This document shows, in pieces, positions 27,583 to 36,307 of a stretch of DNA of 48,198 bases (the first letter of the stretch is position 1; every line of letters begins with the position of its first letter). Below the pieces are notes generated by a model. The model was given only the letters and a program-made list of their open reading frames with translations, had not been told where the DNA came from and ran no database searches. The stretch lies in IMG/VR virus record IMGVR_UViG_3300011442_000004, positions 1-48,198 of that record; one strand, written 5' to 3'. Position numbers and translations under genes: made by a program. This DNA is from a virus (taxonomy: Duplodnaviria > Caudoviricetes).

Positions 27583-27901
27583 CTGGTGTCTCCTTTCGCT
27601 GACGGGGGTTCACCCAGTCGTTGCCGGATGCGTCGCGGGGGCATCCGATGTCATGCGTCTGGTGCGGGCAATACTGGCGACCGCCCGTCGAAGTGACGTA
27701 CATCTTGCCATGTCCTGCGACGGGGCACAAGTCCCCATCGCCGAGGTCGTGGTAGTCGCTCGTCCGACGGAATGCCTTGCCCGCTGGCTTGGCGATACGG
27801 GCCAGCCGCTCGCGCGGGCTGACCCCCGTGTCAACCGGGGCGCGGAGTCGGGACTCCTCCCGCTCCGTGTCGAGGTTGGTGTCCTTCGAGGCCCGGCTCA
27901 T
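27554..27901 (-). CDS. Zinc-binding hypothetical protein
   Basis: CPVAGHG...YCPHQTHD. Confidence 0.65.
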   Translation of the reverse strand: MSRASKDTNLDTEREESRLRAPVDTGVSPRERLARIAKPAGKAFRRTSDYHDLGDGDLCPVAGHGKMYVTSTGGRQYCPHQTHDIGCPRDASGNDWVNPRQRKETPDGDDAHREA

Positions 27902-27906
27902 TGCAA

Positions 27907-28200
27907 TTAGACCTCGGGGTCTTCGGTCAGAGACGGGCGGGTTCCCGTCACGGCGGCCACGGCGGCGATGAGCGCGGCTCGGTCGTTGGCGCTGATGACC
28001 TTCTGGAGGTCCATGCTCGCGTGGACCACCTGCACGAGGAGCTTGACGTCGCCCGTCAGGGCCACGGCCTGCTGGGCCTCGGGTCCGGTCATCCCCTGCA
28101 TGAGGGCCAACATCTCGGGGGTGGTGAGCAATTCCTTGAACTGCTCGTAGGTGGATTTGATGTCCTGCACCTTCTCGGGCAGGGAACGCTGCTGTGCCAT
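27907..28200 (-). CDS. Helical hypothetical protein
   Basis: Good codon usage; operon spacing. Confidence 0.7.
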   Translation of the reverse strand: MAQQRSLPEKVQDIKSTYEQFKELLTTPEMLALMQGMTGPEAQQAVALTGDVKLLVQVVHASMDLQKVISANDRAALIAAVAAVTGTRPSLTEDPEV

Positions 28201-28204
28201 GCGA

Positions 28205-28435
28205 CTACTCTACTCCCTTCAACCCAGGATTGTCCAGCGGGGTGTGCGTGTGGGTGTCGTGGTAATCCTCGTACTGGCGGCGCCACGCCTCGTGGTTCAT
28301 GGCCGCCTCGCCCGGGAGATGCCCCTTCGTGTGCCGCTCGGGCAGAGGGCCAGTGCTCTCCGCCCACGCGACCTCGCCCCCGCTGATGGACCGGGGCTCA
28401 TTGGCTGACCAGCTCCGGCCGGTCTTCACCTGCAT
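28205..28435 (-). CDS. Hypothetical protein
   Basis: AAGGA RBS; start 1 nt after the upstream stop. Confidence 0.55.
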   Translation of the reverse strand: MQVKTGRSWSANEPRSISGGEVAWAESTGPLPERHTKGHLPGEAAMNHEAWRRQYEDYHDTHTHTPLDNPGLKGVE

Positions 28436-28436
28436 T

Positions 28437-28787
28437 TCAATATCCTTCCACGGTGACGGTACCCTCGAACGGATGCTCGGGGTCCTCTCGCTCGGTGGCC
28501 AACTCGGCCTCGACATCGCGCTTGGCTCGGTGCGCGCCACAGGTCCCGGCGCGGCAGGATGCGCACCACGTCTCGCCGGGCTTCGGGAACGCGGCGTTCC
28601 ACATGGCGCGGAACCCGCCCTCGGCCTCGCCCGACTGGCTGCCCCGGGTCGGCAGCCCGAACGCGTGCTTCAGGTCCACGTGGGCCGACAGGGCCTCGCC
28701 GTCTCGCGGCGTGGACCACGACCCTCGATGGATGTCGGCGACGACAAGCCGCTCGACCGCATCGAGCTGACGCTGGGTGAGCGGCAT
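28437..28787 (-). CDS. Hypothetical protein (CxxC..C..H)
   Basis: TAATG overlap, GAGGGG RBS. Confidence 0.65.
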   Translation of the reverse strand: MPLTQRQLDAVERLVVADIHRGSWSTPRDGEALSAHVDLKHAFGLPTRGSQSGEAEGGFRAMWNAAFPKPGETWCASCRAGTCGAHRAKRDVEAELATEREDPEHPFEGTVTVEGY

Positions 28788-29173
28788 TACAATCCCCTCG
28801 GCTTCATGTGGGGGTCCTTGACGAACTCGTGCTCGGCGGGGTTGGCGCAGCCGCGCTCGCCGTTCGACATCCGGCGCATGTCCCGCTCGCACTCCTCGGC
28901 CGTGTAGCCGATGACGCGCCACGGGAGCCGCAGGTCGATGACGCCTGCCGTGATGGTGTCGCTGACCTCGTTCATGCACTGGTTGCAGAACCGGAACTCG
29001 GACCCGCCGCCCGACCCGCGCTCGTCACGCGAGCCGATGTTCAGGATGGCCACGACCTCGGGGTCCTCTTGGTTGACGGACCGGGAGCGACGGCACCCAT
29101 TGCAGGATGACGTGCGCTCCCAGCCCTCGGCCGCTCGGACCTCGGCGTGGACCTTGGCGAACGGCTTCGTCAT
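28787..29173 (-). CDS. Zinc-binding hypothetical protein
   Basis: CNGC...FCNQC; ATGA overlap. Confidence 0.7.
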   Translation of the reverse strand: MTKPFAKVHAEVRAAEGWERTSSCNGCRRSRSVNQEDPEVVAILNIGSRDERGSGGGSEFRFCNQCMNEVSDTITAGVIDLRLPWRVIGYTAEECERDMRRMSNGERGCANPAEHEFVKDPHMKPRGL

Positions 29174-29814
29174 GGCCGCACCGCGACGGACGTCTGGTCC
29201 GCTGCCCGGTGCGCCGCCTCGACCATGGCTTCGGCCACGGCGAGCGCCTGCGCCGCGCTGTACTTGTTGCCGCCGATGGTGACGTAGACCCGCCCGAACT
29301 GGTCGGGCTTCGGGGTCGTCACCTGCTCCTTGACCTTGTCGAGCCCGGCCACCGAATTGTAATCGGCGCGCTTCGAGCCCCAGTTCTCTCTGGTGTAGGC
29401 GAGGTCGCGGGCCTCGGCCTCGATGCGCCGGGCCGTGGCCAAATGCTCATTGGCCCGTTCCTTGGCCGCGATGTACCCGGCCACGTTCAGGGCCACGACG
29501 CCCGGGGTCTCGGGTGCGAACTCGGCGTCACGCCCGGCGTAGTTGCCCTTGGTGATGGCGGACTTGACGGAGCGCCCGTGCTCGGGGCACAGGAACGTGA
29601 CGTAGTCCACCTTGACCTTGCTGGAGTCGTGCCACTCGATGAACACGCCCGCAGCGGCGGGGGTCGGGACCTCCTTGGAATAGTAGGACCGGCTGGAGCC
29701 CTTCTCATAGTGGCGGCTCGTGCTCGCGCACGCGACCTCCCCAGCGAAGACCCCTTCGGTGATGCGCTCGACCTGCTCGGTCTCGCGAATGCGCTTGGCG
29801 TAGTAGATGCTCAC
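29170..29814 (-). CDS. Hypothetical protein
   Basis: AGGAGG RBS, GTGA overlap, 214 aa. Confidence 0.75.
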   Translation of the reverse strand: MSIYYAKRIRETEQVERITEGVFAGEVACASTSRHYEKGSSRSYYSKEVPTPAAAGVFIEWHDSSKVKVDYVTFLCPEHGRSVKSAITKGNYAGRDAEFAPETPGVVALNVAGYIAAKERANEHLATARRIEAEARDLAYTRENWGSKRADYNSVAGLDKVKEQVTTPKPDQFGRVYVTIGGNKYSAAQALAVAEAMVEAAHRAADQTSVAVRP

Positions 29815-30131
29815 GCGGTGCCTCCTGTCCAGTCGATGACTCGGTCCACTCGCAGGACCTCGGGGGTGAAGTCTTGGTCCCAGCTCCGGCGGAGCATGGC
29901 CGTAATTGCAATGTTGTCTCGGGCGATGACGACAAGGGTGTCGCCGTTGGTGGCCTTGTCATCCTGCCGCCCGTTCCAGCGGCCAAGCGACTCGGGGAGC
30001 CGGGCGACGATGAGCGCCGCTGCTCCCTCGATGTCCTCGGTGCGGAGCCGGGCGAGGATGACGCTCGCGGGCTGCGGCATCTTCTGCCCCAGTGCCACGA
30101 GCGACTTCTCGGTGTGCCGGTGTACCAGCAT
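29811..30131 (-). CDS. Hypothetical protein
   Basis: H..EK...NGDTLVVIARDNIAITAM pattern; start 1 nt after the upstream stop. Confidence 0.7.
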   Translation of the reverse strand: MLVHRHTEKSLVALGQKMPQPASVILARLRTEDIEGAAALIVARLPESLGRWNGRQDDKATNGDTLVVIARDNIAITAMLRRSWDQDFTPEVLRVDRVIDWTGGTA

Positions 30132-30132
30132 C

Positions 30133-30288
30133 TCAGTTGCTCCACGCTCGGGAGTTGACGCCACAGGCCCAGTGGTGAGGGCGCCCGTCTCGGGGCGAAT
30201 TGCAATCGCAGCCGATGCCGAACTGGCGTCGGACCGCGAGCATCTTGTGGCGCTGGATGCGGAGCGCCCGCTCGATGGCTTCGTGCAT
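30133..30288 (-). CDS. Small hypothetical protein (CDC..H..C)
   Basis: 51-aa frame that exactly fills the gap between neighbours (hand-translated). Confidence 0.55.
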   Translation of the reverse strand: MHEAIERALRIQRHKMLAVRRQFGIGCDCNSPRDGRPHHWACGVNSRAWSN

Positions 30289-30289
30289 C

Positions 30290-30604
30290 TCAGTGTTCGA
30301 CCATCTGGTCGTGGTTGCCGTCGATGTAGCCGCAGTCGTCGCAGAGCGTATCCTCGACGCGCTGGGTGTGCTTGCAGGACTGGCCGCCGAACTTCCACGC
30401 GGGGCACGGGCAGTAGAAATAGGTGCCGCCGTTCTTCGTATCGTAGCGGCGCTCGACGTGCCACGGCTGACGGCCAGAGCCGACGATGTCCCACGTGTTG
30501 GTGATGACCACCTTGCTGAAGGTGCCGTCGGACTGGAGCACGTCGGGCGTGGCGCCCATCAACTTCTGGACGGCGGCGAGGTCCGCCTTGCTCGGGGTGG
30601 GCAT
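30290..30604 (-). CDS. SWIM zinc-finger protein
   Basis: YCPCPAWKF....CKH; GGAGG RBS. Confidence 0.8.
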   Translation of the reverse strand: MPTPSKADLAAVQKLMGATPDVLQSDGTFSKVVITNTWDIVGSGRQPWHVERRYDTKNGGTYFYCPCPAWKFGGQSCKHTQRVEDTLCDDCGYIDGNHDQMVEH

Positions 30605-30810
30605 CACAGACCCTCCGCCGTGCACGCCTTGCAGCGGCGCGGATTTGCGATGGTGCGGACGCCGTCGTCGCAGGTCGGGCACGCGGTGCCGGGGATGCGA
30701 GTGTCGTCCGCCCGGGACACACGGTCCAGAGCGTCATTGACGCGAACCGTGATGCCCATAGCGGCGGCCCGATTGGTCTCGCCGCTCGTGTCGGGCATGA
30801 GGTCCATCAT
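30604..30810 (-). CDS. Small zinc-finger protein, first gene of the leftward operon
   Basis: GGAGGT RBS; CPTC...CKAC. Confidence 0.7.
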   Translation of the reverse strand: MMDLMPDTSGETNRAAAMGITVRVNDALDRVSRADDTRIPGTACPTCDDGVRTIANPRRCKACTAEGL

Positions 30811-30855
30811 GCGATACCTCCGTGGTGGGTCCTCTAGTAGGACCGCGTACGCGCG

Positions 30856-30884
30856 ACTCTAGTCTACATCTCACACCATGTCAA
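30856..30884 (-). promoter_or_regulatory. Strong leftward sigma70 promoter
   Basis: TTGACA-N17-TAGAGT on the minus strand; three ATTGCAAT copies upstream. Confidence 0.75.
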
Positions 30885-31073
30885 GGGGGTACTTTCGGCG
30901 GGGCGGGTTGTTCCCGGCGGGGGAATTGCAATGTTCGGCGAGCCCCAGCTCCAGCTCGGCGAGCTGGTGCGTTCGAGCACCGCCCTCGAAGGCGCATTGC
31001 AATCGCTCCTCCGGGCTCCTCGTCGTAGTTCTTCAAGCGCCATTGCAATGCCCGGCGCGTGTTGTTCCGGGCA

Positions 31074-31108
31074 TGAAAACGCCCGGGCCATCTCTGACCC
31101 GGGCGCTG
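31074..31108 (-). terminator. Intrinsic terminator after the VWA gene
   Basis: CGCCCGGG/CCCGGGCG hairpin followed by TTTT on the minus strand. Confidence 0.7.
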
Positions 31109-31143
31109 GTTGGGTGTGGCCGGGAGGGGTCCCGGCCCTCCCG

Positions 31144-32370
31144 CTACTGGCGGACGATGGGCACCGCCACCGCCCACGTGGGGGTCGCTCCGTTGGCCAC
31201 GTACCGGCTGCCGGTGACGTTGGCCCCGATGATGACCGGGACGCCCGGGTCGCTGCCCCACGGAGTGTCGCAGTCGGTGATGACGATGACGGCCCGGTTG
31301 CCGTCGGCCACCGCTCGGGCGATGCCGACATCCATCCGGGTCCCGCCGCCGCCGCCGATGCGCTCCGGGACGGTGGACCCGTAGTCCGTGACCCGGGTGT
31401 CGCAGCCGTAGACCCGGACGTCCGCAATGCGCTTGATGAACGCGGCAGCGGCCACGGCCATTTCAATGTCCATCGGGGTGATGGACCCGCTCGTGTCGAT
31501 GACGATTGCCGCGCTCGGCCGCTGGCCAGTCCAGCGCGGGACCATCGCCCCGCCCATGTCCCGGATGTCACGGCGGCCCGGCCATGTCCACGTGGTCGGT
31601 GCGCCGACCTGCGACATGCTCCGGGACACGACCGTCGCCAGCGCCCGGTACCATGCGGCCCGGTCGATGTCGAGTTCGCGCTCGGCCCATTCGCGGAGCG
31701 CATCGCCCGGAGCGTCGCCCCGACCGCCACCGTAGGCGGATTGCAATACGTTCTGCGCCGCTTCGTGCCGTGCGTCCTCGCCACCGTTGGCCGCCCCGCT
31801 GCCGGGCTGGCGAGCGTCGCCCGCTTCCCAGTCTCGGGGGGTCCCATCGGCTGCGCTGCCGCAGTCGGTGGGGTCCTGCGTGGCGGTCCCGGCGCCGCTG
31901 CCGGACCCGTCGCCCGGCTGGCCGCTGCCGCTGCCGTCGCCCTCGCCCTTGTCAGGGTCGGGAGTCTGGCCGCCAGCGGCGCCGTAGTAGACCTCGGCCG
32001 CTAGCCCGTCCGGCAGTCCCAGCGTGGCGGGATAGACCGCCCCGTCAGGTAGCCCGGCGAGCCGTTGGTTGATTTCGGCATCCCCCGCGACGTTCCATTG
32101 GCCATGCTCGCGACCATTGCACCGGCCCGCGTGGTCCAGTAGCAGGTGCTCCAGTTCGTGGATGATGACGGCGCCGCGCTCGGCGTCCGTCAGTCCGGCG
32201 GAGAACGTCGGATTGTAATGTGTGACCCATTCGGTGGACGTCGCGAACGTCGAGACTTTGGGGTCGGCCACGATGCGCAAGCGCAGGACGCTGGCCGCGT
32301 AGTACGGGTGCGTGTCGAACGTCCGTTCGATACCGGCGTTGATGAGCGGGTCCGCGTGGTACCGGGTCAC
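31144..32370 (-). CDS. Metallopeptidase-like plus VWA domain protein (DUF2201-like)
   Basis: HELEH, WNVAGDAEIN, IDTSGS MIDAS, GGGGT, ITD motifs. Confidence 0.85.
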   Translation of the reverse strand: MTRYHADPLINAGIERTFDTHPYYAASVLRLRIVADPKVSTFATSTEWVTHYNPTFSAGLTDAERGAVIIHELEHLLLDHAGRCNGREHGQWNVAGDAEINQRLAGLPDGAVYPATLGLPDGLAAEVYYGAAGGQTPDPDKGEGDGSGSGQPGDGSGSGAGTATQDPTDCGSAADGTPRDWEAGDARQPGSGAANGGEDARHEAAQNVLQSAYGGGRGDAPGDALREWAERELDIDRAAWYRALATVVSRSMSQVGAPTTWTWPGRRDIRDMGGAMVPRWTGQRPSAAIVIDTSGSITPMDIEMAVAAAAFIKRIADVRVYGCDTRVTDYGSTVPERIGGGGGTRMDVGIARAVADGNRAVIVITDCDTPWGSDPGVPVIIGANVTGSRYVANGATPTWAVAVPIVRQ

Positions 32371-33392
32371 GATGCCACCGTCCCGCTGAAGTCGATGCCG
32401 GTCGCTTCGATTGCGGCCACGAGACCGGCCACGCCGACCGCGAAGTCTGGACCGCGCTGGACCATGCGCCGGGCCGCCACGGCCACGACCGCAGGGTCGA
32501 TTTTGACGGCTGCCACGAGCACGTCCAGCGTGCGCGGCAGCGTGTCGGGGGTGGCCGCTTCGCATAGGGCCGTGATGGTCGCCACGAACGCGTCCTGACG
32601 GGTCGGCAGCGGCGCCGTCCCGGCGAGCACATCGGCCACGGTCGGGAGGTCCCGCTTCGCAGCCCATCCGGCGAAGACTCGCGCGGCGCCATCGCCGACC
32701 GCCAGCCCGGCCAAATTGTAATCGCCGGTCGTGTCCACGAGCCGGGCCGCATTCGTCCACGAACGCGGGCTAGGCCACGCCCCGGACCGTGCGCGATGGT
32801 CCGTCGGGACCGCCAGCAGTTGGTCCGGGACCTGAGCGTGATACTCGGCCAGCAGTCGCAGGGTCGGGCTAGTCTGAGCGGCGGCCCATGCGGTCCAGTC
32901 CGCCGTCGGGACTGGCCAGTCGATGTGAACCCAGCGGTTGGCCATGGCCGGTGCGAGCGCCCATCCGCCGACCGCAAGGTCCGGGGGATTGGCAGCGGCC
33001 ACAATGCGGGTGTCGTCCGGGAGGGTCCAGCCGTCAGCGCGGCGGGACTGGACCACGCCCAGCAGCGGCGCCGCGATGACCTCCGGGACCGTGGTCAGTT
33101 CGTCCAGAAATAGGATGGTTGCTTCGCCCCGGTCGTGCGCTTCGTTGATGCGCCGCGCCCAGCCCGGGATGGTCGCTTCGGTGCGCTTGCGGTCCTCTGA
33201 CGGCATCGGGATGCCAAGAATGGTCGTGGGGTCCTGAGCCGACGCGATGACGACCTCCAGATACGCTCCGCGCTCGATTGCAATTGCTTCGATGGTCGCG
33301 GTCTTCGCGGTCCCGGGTGCGCCCAGCAGCAGGGCCGGGACGTTCGCGTCGATGGCTGCCGCCAGTTTCTCGGCTGCCGTGGTCGTGGCCAT
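32367..33392 (-). CDS. MoxR/dynein-related AAA+ ATPase
   Basis: GAPGTAKT Walker A, ILFLDE Walker B, AAANP, PAMANR. Confidence 0.9.
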   Translation of the reverse strand: MATTTAAEKLAAAIDANVPALLLGAPGTAKTATIEAIAIERGAYLEVVIASAQDPTTILGIPMPSEDRKRTEATIPGWARRINEAHDRGEATILFLDELTTVPEVIAAPLLGVVQSRRADGWTLPDDTRIVAAANPPDLAVGGWALAPAMANRWVHIDWPVPTADWTAWAAAQTSPTLRLLAEYHAQVPDQLLAVPTDHRARSGAWPSPRSWTNAARLVDTTGDYNLAGLAVGDGAARVFAGWAAKRDLPTVADVLAGTAPLPTRQDAFVATITALCEAATPDTLPRTLDVLVAAVKIDPAVVAVAARRMVQRGPDFAVGVAGLVAAIEATGIDFSGTVAS

Positions 33393-33454
33393 GGTTCGTG
33401 CTCCGTTCGTGCTCGTGGTTGCGTTGATGTCTTGCGCTGGCAGGACTGCCACCG

Positions 33455-33865
33455 CTAGACCTTGCGGGAGTAGGTGCGCCGTGCGCTCGGGATGAACGGG
33501 ACGCCGTCGAGACCGCACACGATGCCGGTCCCGTTGGTCCGGGCGATGGCGCCGGACGTCATGCGGGCGACTGCGCCGCAGTTGGGGCATTGCAATTTGA
33601 CCTGACGGTCGGGCTGGACAATGCCGGTGTGCGCCGCTCCGTGTCGGCATCCCGGGATGGCGCATTCGTGCTCCGTCCCGATGTGCTTCGGCTCGGCGTC
33701 GCGGGCCGCTTGACCCTCGGCCCGGTTCGCTTCGGCCGCCTCTGCGCGGACCTCGGCCAGTTCGTCCGCCGTGGCGACCTCGGCGTCCGGTGCGATGGCG
33801 CCCAGTTTGACGGCTGCCGCGATGTCGGCTGCCGTGGCGCGCTTGCGGTTCGTGCTCGATGCCAT
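33455..33865 (-). CDS. Zinc-binding hypothetical protein
   Basis: GGAGA RBS; KLQCPNCGAVAR...IVC. Confidence 0.7.
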   Translation of the reverse strand: MASSTNRKRATAADIAAAVKLGAIAPDAEVATADELAEVRAEAAEANRAEGQAARDAEPKHIGTEHECAIPGCRHGAAHTGIVQPDRQVKLQCPNCGAVARMTSGAIARTNGTGIVCGLDGVPFIPSARRTYSRKV

Positions 33866-33899
33866 CTCGACATCTCCCGTACGTGTCCCGGCCCGGTGT

Positions 33900-34330
33900 G
33901 GACCGCTGGACTGCGTCCAGCATACCCCGGGCGATGACAATGTCCATACCCCCGGGGGGTATGCGGGCCGAGTAGGTGGTGTCGGCTGGCACCGCCTATA
34001 GAACGGGTGTGCACTTTGTGTGTGTGTGTCGTGGTGTCCGGCGTGTCCGTGGTCATGGTGCCACGGTGCGAACGGCGCGCGCGGGCCGGGATTGGGCCGA
34101 CTTGTGGCGACCCCCGGGGGTGGGGGTGGTTTCAGCGGTGGCGGCGTGCGGGCGGACATGCAGCCACCTGCCTCCACTGAAATTTCAATGGCTGAGCGTG
34201 AGGGACCCCCCAAAACGGCAAAAAGTGGAGGCAAGGGGTCCACTCAGAGGTAAACTTTCTAGCTCAGTTCTCGTGAAGGGGTTTTTCTACAAACTGCCTC
34301 CACTGCCTCCACTGCCTCCACTCCGAAAAA
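33900..34330. repeat. Divergent intergenic region with short repeats (candidate origin or genome end)
   Basis: ACTGCCTCC x3 at about 34293-34322, further TGCCTCCAC copies at about 34169 (+) and 34225 (-), CATACCCCGG x2 with palindrome, (TG)n run. Confidence 0.6.
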
Positions 34331-34349
34331 TCGACCAATTTGGGACCCC

Positions 34350-34377
34350 TTGACGAGTGTCGAGCAATGTGCATAAT
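34350..34377 (+). promoter_or_regulatory. Sigma70-type promoter for the replication module
   Basis: TTGACG-N16-CATAAT. Confidence 0.65.
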
Positions 34378-34424
34378 AGCGATAGACCCCGGCACTACAC
34401 CCGGGCTGGTCGAAAGGAGACCAC

Positions 34425-34895
34425 GTGAACATCCCGCAGCCGACAAGCGGCTCAGGGTTCATCCCTGAAATCGAAGACGGCCTTTTCATCGCCGACTTCA
34501 CCACCATCGAGCCCGAGGAGCACCCGGACTGGGCGGTCGAGAAGGACAGCTTCGGCAAGCCCGACGACGGGCGACGCTTCCGCTGGTACTTCACCATCCT
34601 CGATGACGAGGGCGCGCCCGCCATCGCGCCGAACGCCGAGGACCCGGACGACGAGCTGGTGCTCCACGCGCTGACGCGCAACATGAGCAACCACGAGAAG
34701 TCCAACGCCACCGCCCTGATGAAGGGCCTGTGCTCGCCCGCCGAGTTCAAGCTCTGGGAGACCGGCGACGTCGCCGCTCTGGTCGGTGCGTTCGGCGCCT
34801 CGCGTCGGGTCCACGTCAAGGTGGCCCACAGCGAGAAGGGCTACCCGCAAATCGAGGCGACCCTCGGCCCGGTCAAGGCGAAGGCGGGCAAGTAG
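34425..34895 (+). CDS. Putative single-stranded DNA-binding (OB-fold-like) protein
   Basis: AAAGGAG RBS; IEDGLFIADF...FRWYF...VHVKV..KGY pattern; heads the replication operon. Confidence 0.55.
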   Translation: MNIPQPTSGSGFIPEIEDGLFIADFTTIEPEEHPDWAVEKDSFGKPDDGRRFRWYFTILDDEGAPAIAPNAEDPDDELVLHALTRNMSNHEKSNATALMKGLCSPAEFKLWETGDVAALVGAFGASRRVHVKVAHSEKGYPQIEATLGPVKAKAGK

Positions 34896-34898
34896 GCC

Positions 34899-35081
34899 AT
34901 GGACGTCACCATCGCGGTGACGGTCACTCGCGACGACGGCACCGTCCTCACCCGGACGGAGTCGTACGGGAACGGCGGACGGTGGGTTCTCAACCGCCCC
35001 CGCCGCCTGACCCGAGCCGAGGTCCGCAAGGGCATCGACGCGCGGGTGGCCGCCGCCCTGAACTCCATGGGGGTGCGCTGA
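34899..35081 (+). CDS. Hypothetical protein
   Basis: Tightly coupled to neighbours. Confidence 0.6.
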   Translation: MDVTIAVTVTRDDGTVLTRTESYGNGGRWVLNRPRRLTRAEVRKGIDARVAAALNSMGVR

Positions 35082-35272
35082 TGCCCGCCAAGGCGCACAC
35101 CTACTCCACCGAACAGGCGGCAGCCAAGGTCGGATGCAACCCGGAGACCATCCGGCGAGCCATCCGCGCCAAGGAGCTGCTGGCCACCCGAGAGCCGACC
35201 AAGAGGGGACGTGGCTACACCATCCTCGCGGCGGACCTCGCAAGCTGGCTCGACAAGCGTCGAGTCGGGTAA
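35081..35272 (+). CDS. Excisionase/MerR-like HTH DNA-binding protein
   Basis: YSTEQAAAKVGCNPETIRRAIRAKELLA...YTILAADL. Confidence 0.85.
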   Translation: MPAKAHTYSTEQAAAKVGCNPETIRRAIRAKELLATREPTKRGRGYTILAADLASWLDKRRVG

Positions 35273-35416
35273 GCTATCGTCGGCTCGCTCCCCGGGTATT
35301 GCACGTGGTCGCACCACGCCGCAGCCGGGGGCGGGACCTGCCCCGGGCGCAGTGACTATTAGGCCATGGCCGAGAGTCGGACACGCCCGGGGCCTGCATC
35401 CCATGAAGGAGACCCC

Positions 35417-36307
35417 TTGACCAACCCCATCCTCACGATGGCGGCGCTCGAATACACCAAGGCCGGACTGCACGTCCTCGCCCTCGAAGGAAAGAAGCCC
35501 AACGGCCGCGTGCACGGCGAGAGCTGGTCGTACGAGGACAGCTTCCACGGTGAGGTCACGGACCCGGCCGAGATGGAGGCACTGGACCGGGCGTTCAGCA
35601 AGGAACTCGGCACCACCGGCATTGCAATCCTCATCCCGCCGGAGTTCGTCGTCGCTGACGTGGACACCGAGCGCGCGGCCGAACTCCTGCTGTCGCTGGG
35701 GTTCGAGGCCAACGAAGACACCATCGCGGCCCAGACCAAGAACGGGCTGCACGTGTGGTTCTGGTGCCCGGGGGCAGACAAGAACCGCTGGCTCGGCGAC
35801 GGCGAAGAGCCGAACCCGAACCGTACCCTCCTCTTCAAGGGGCTCGGCGGATACGTCGTCGCGCCTCCCTCGCTCCACTTCGGCGCCGACGGCGAGCAGG
35901 ATGGCCAGTATGTCTGGGCCGCAAACTCGCTCGTCGTCGGCGGCCGACTCCACATGCCCGACGTCATCCCGGACGGGGCGTATCGCAGGTTTCAGGTGCA
36001 GGACCAGCTCGCCGAGCTGAAGCCCCCGAAGGAACAGACCTCGCATTTCAATCTGGTCCCGAACGACGGCCACTGGGGGACATGGGAGGTCGTCTGGTCC
36101 TTCGCGACCGAGGGGCTGGAGCAGGCCATCATCAACGCGGCCGACGGCAACCAGAACAACGTCATCCACTGGGCGGCTATGACAGCGCGCGAAGAGGGTG
36201 TACCGTATGACGTCGCAATGACTCGACTCCTCGAAGCCGCAATCAAGGGAGGCCACCCTCGCCAGCGCGCCCGCGACACCATCAAGGGCGCGTACAAGCG
36301 TGGGTAA
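35417..36307 (+). CDS. Bifunctional DNA primase/polymerase (prim-pol)
   Basis: AALEY..GLHV..GKKP, VADVD, TKNGLHVWF, GGYVVAPPSLH; GAAGGAG RBS plus TTG. Confidence 0.85.
   Translation: MTNPILTMAALEYTKAGLHVLALEGKKPNGRVHGESWSYEDSFHGEVTDPAEMEALDRAFSKELGTTGIAILIPPEFVVADVDTERAAELLLSLGFEANEDTIAAQTKNGLHVWFWCPGADKNRWLGDGEEPNPNRTLLFKGLGGYVVAPPSLHFGADGEQDGQYVWAANSLVVGGRLHMPDVIPDGAYRRFQVQDQLAELKPPKEQTSHFNLVPNDGHWGTWEVVWSFATEGLEQAIINAADGNQNNVIHWAAMTAREEGVPYDVAMTRLLEAAIKGGHPRQRARDTIKGAYKRG

Noticed and set aside
35081-35272. Excisionase implying a temperate lifestyle
   Set aside because: No integrase, partition genes or CI-like repressor recognised; this HTH family also includes plain regulators.
13192-35369. 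Recurrent (G)CCATGG Kozak-like start context
   Set aside because: Explained by high GC, Ala/Asp second codons and translational coupling; gene content is clearly bacteriophage.
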